A stretch of DNA of 64,000 bases from Nitrospinales bacterium. Its GTDB lineage: Bacteria > Nitrospinota > Nitrospinia > Nitrospinales > VA-1. Below the pieces are notes generated by a model. That model did not search any database. It was not told where the DNA came from and was given only the letters and a program-made list of their open reading frames with translations. Position numbers and translations under genes: made by a program. Position 1 is the stretch's first letter. Every line of letters starts with the position of its first letter. Positions 62,557-64,000 of this stretch are shown here, piece after piece. Where the stretch lies: contig OZ253496.1 in the NCBI GenBank assembly GCA_965262115.1, forward strand, positions 1,120,001-1,184,000, read 5' to 3'.

Positions 62557-62603
62557 AGTCAGCGTTCTGAAACCGTTAAAAAAACTCCGGAGTTTTTTGA
62601 CCG

Positions 62604-63611
62604 ATGCTCAGTATTTTTGTCGAAACCAGTTGCAACCGCTACAACAGGGACGAATGCGAGTTCTGCCATGTGTATGAACCGCTGATGGCGGACCCGGTCT
62701 CTGAATGGCACCTGACTTTGGAGCAAGCCCGGGTAATGGCAGAAAAAATCCAGCGTGTCGAGGTGCTTAACACCTTGGCCCAGCAGGAGATCAACCTGAC
62801 CGGCGGTGAGGCCTCGCAGAACCCCGACATTATCGAGATTTGTAAGGTGTTCCAAACCCTCACACCGCATGTTTGCCTGCACACCAATCTCGACATACTC
62901 TCAGAAACATCCAAACGCTGGCAAAGACTGCTGGGGATCATGGAGCTCGGCGGCCGGGTCGATATCACGCTTTATCCCACTGCATGGGAGAAGTCGCAGA
63001 AACATTTTCTTGGGGCTCTATTGGAAAAACAGAACAACCTGATCATCAATGTCGTTTATGAAAGTCTGGAGCATTTAAAACTTCAGATCGACCTTCTGCT
63101 CGATTTTTTTAAGGAACAGGAACATGTCACGCAACTGCTCGAAACCTACTCAATAAAAGTGGAGACCCTTTTAATCGAACACCCCAACTGCGATGAGAAA
63201 CTGTTCACCACGCATTTTGGAGATACCGAAGCCTTTGCCCGCAAACCGGAACTCACTGTAGGATTGAGTTTGCTACCGGCGTTCAATATTGATGACAACG
63301 GCCAGCGGTCTATGGCATCGATGGCTTTTCCCAGAGACCAATACCTCATTGGCTGTCCCGCCGCACGAGGCTCGATAGACATCATGACCATTCAGCAAAA
63401 TGGTGAAATGACGCCCTGTTGTGATGTTGGCAATTTGAAATGCAAACCCGCGTTCGGCAACCTGTTAATGGATTCGCCGGAAGAAATCATGGAAAAAATG
63501 CAAGTGTCCATGAAGGTACTGGCATCAGGAATCCGCAAAAATCAGGAAAACCAGACAACCGGGAAAGCCGGGCATCTGGTCGAAGAAGGAATCCCCCCTT
63601 ACTGTCACTGA
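62604..63611 (+). CDS. Radical SAM protein with CX7CX2C motif (paralog of 53510-54529)
   Basis: CNRYNRDECEFC, LTGGEA, HTNLD, GEMTPCCDVGNLKC, EEGIPPYC. Confidence 0.82.
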   Translation: MLSIFVETSCNRYNRDECEFCHVYEPLMADPVSEWHLTLEQARVMAEKIQRVEVLNTLAQQEINLTGGEASQNPDIIEICKVFQTLTPHVCLHTNLDILSETSKRWQRLLGIMELGGRVDITLYPTAWEKSQKHFLGALLEKQNNLIINVVYESLEHLKLQIDLLLDFFKEQEHVTQLLETYSIKVETLLIEHPNCDEKLFTTHFGDTEAFARKPELTVGLSLLPAFNIDDNGQRSMASMAFPRDQYLIGCPAARGSIDIMTIQQNGEMTPCCDVGNLKCKPAFGNLLMDSPEEIMEKMQVSMKVLASGIRKNQENQTTGKAGHLVEEGIPPYCH

Positions 63612-63658
63612 CCGGCGCACGGACGGGGGGGATTTAAAACTACTTATGCTATTGCCCA

Positions 63659-64000
63659 TCAAGCTGAAGGAAGTTCTCCAGGAGGCACTTCTTCCTCTTC
63701 TTCTTCGAGGAAATCGTCGTCCTCCTCCTCACCGATCAACAGATTTTCATCATCGACCTTGAGTTCTTCAAACTCTTCTTCCTCTTCTGCTTCTTTCGGA
63801 TAGGGAAGTTCGTTCCAGACCACGATGCGAGAATTGCCCCGGTCACAGATAAAAAGCCTGAATTTGGGTTGCGGCTCCTCTTCGGCAGATTCGCCTTCGG
63901 CTGCTACGAGAGCCGTTTCCCCATTATCATTATCGTCATCATCATCCGCCATGGGAATGCCACGAAATTCTTCCTCCTCCTCGTCCTCATCGATCAACAA
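63659..64000 (-). CDS. C-terminus of an NHL-like protein with long acidic tracts (5' end outside window)
   Basis: LFICDRGNSRIVVWNELP blade flanked by poly-D/E segments. Confidence 0.7.
   Translation of the reverse strand: MLIDEDEEEEEFRGIPMADDDDDNDNGETALVAAEGESAEEEPQPKFRLFICDRGNSRIVVWNELPYPKEAEEEEEFEELKVDDENLLIGEEEDDDFLEEEEEEVPPGELPSA

Overview
Bacterial chromosomal window. The gene set and the style of the hypothetical proteins suggest a Nitrospinaceae-like marine nitrite oxidiser; this is an inference from recalled family content, not a search result. (i) 1-8 kb: MBL hydrolase, three adjacent lesioned genes (FGE-family, cupredoxin, Rieske-glutamate synthase-like), nitrobindin, DedA-disulfide oxidoreductase and a Ni/Co transporter. 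(ii) 8.1-16.7 kb: an ~8.4-kb integrase-less islet bounded by tRNA-Lys(CTT) and a 46-bp copy of its 3' end, carrying a K+ channel/DUF350/SpeE/DUF4178/PspA/CesT/DnaJ/DUF2617 module. (iii) 17-45 kb: housekeeping genes (Prx6, rmlC, hisAF, LD-carboxypeptidase, Gld-like ABC system, dut, nfu, dgt, class V aminotransferase, serA) mixed with many decayed genes (SDR, SpsF/AmrS scraps, HsdM, RhuM-Fic, autotransporter, IS1016, macro domain, GT39), four NrdR boxes and several nested small repeats/MITEs. (iv) 45-64 kb: an apparently intact cluster of 8 DUF1566/Lcl genes (9 domains, mostly without signal peptides), two paralogous radical SAM enzymes with an atypical CX7CX2C motif, a B12-radical SAM, a MidA-like methyltransferase, TPR/LRR/NHL proteins with acidic extensions, a glutaredoxin and a parvulin fusion. 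This last cluster is the best candidate for an undescribed system. All family assignments are from motif recognition by eye.
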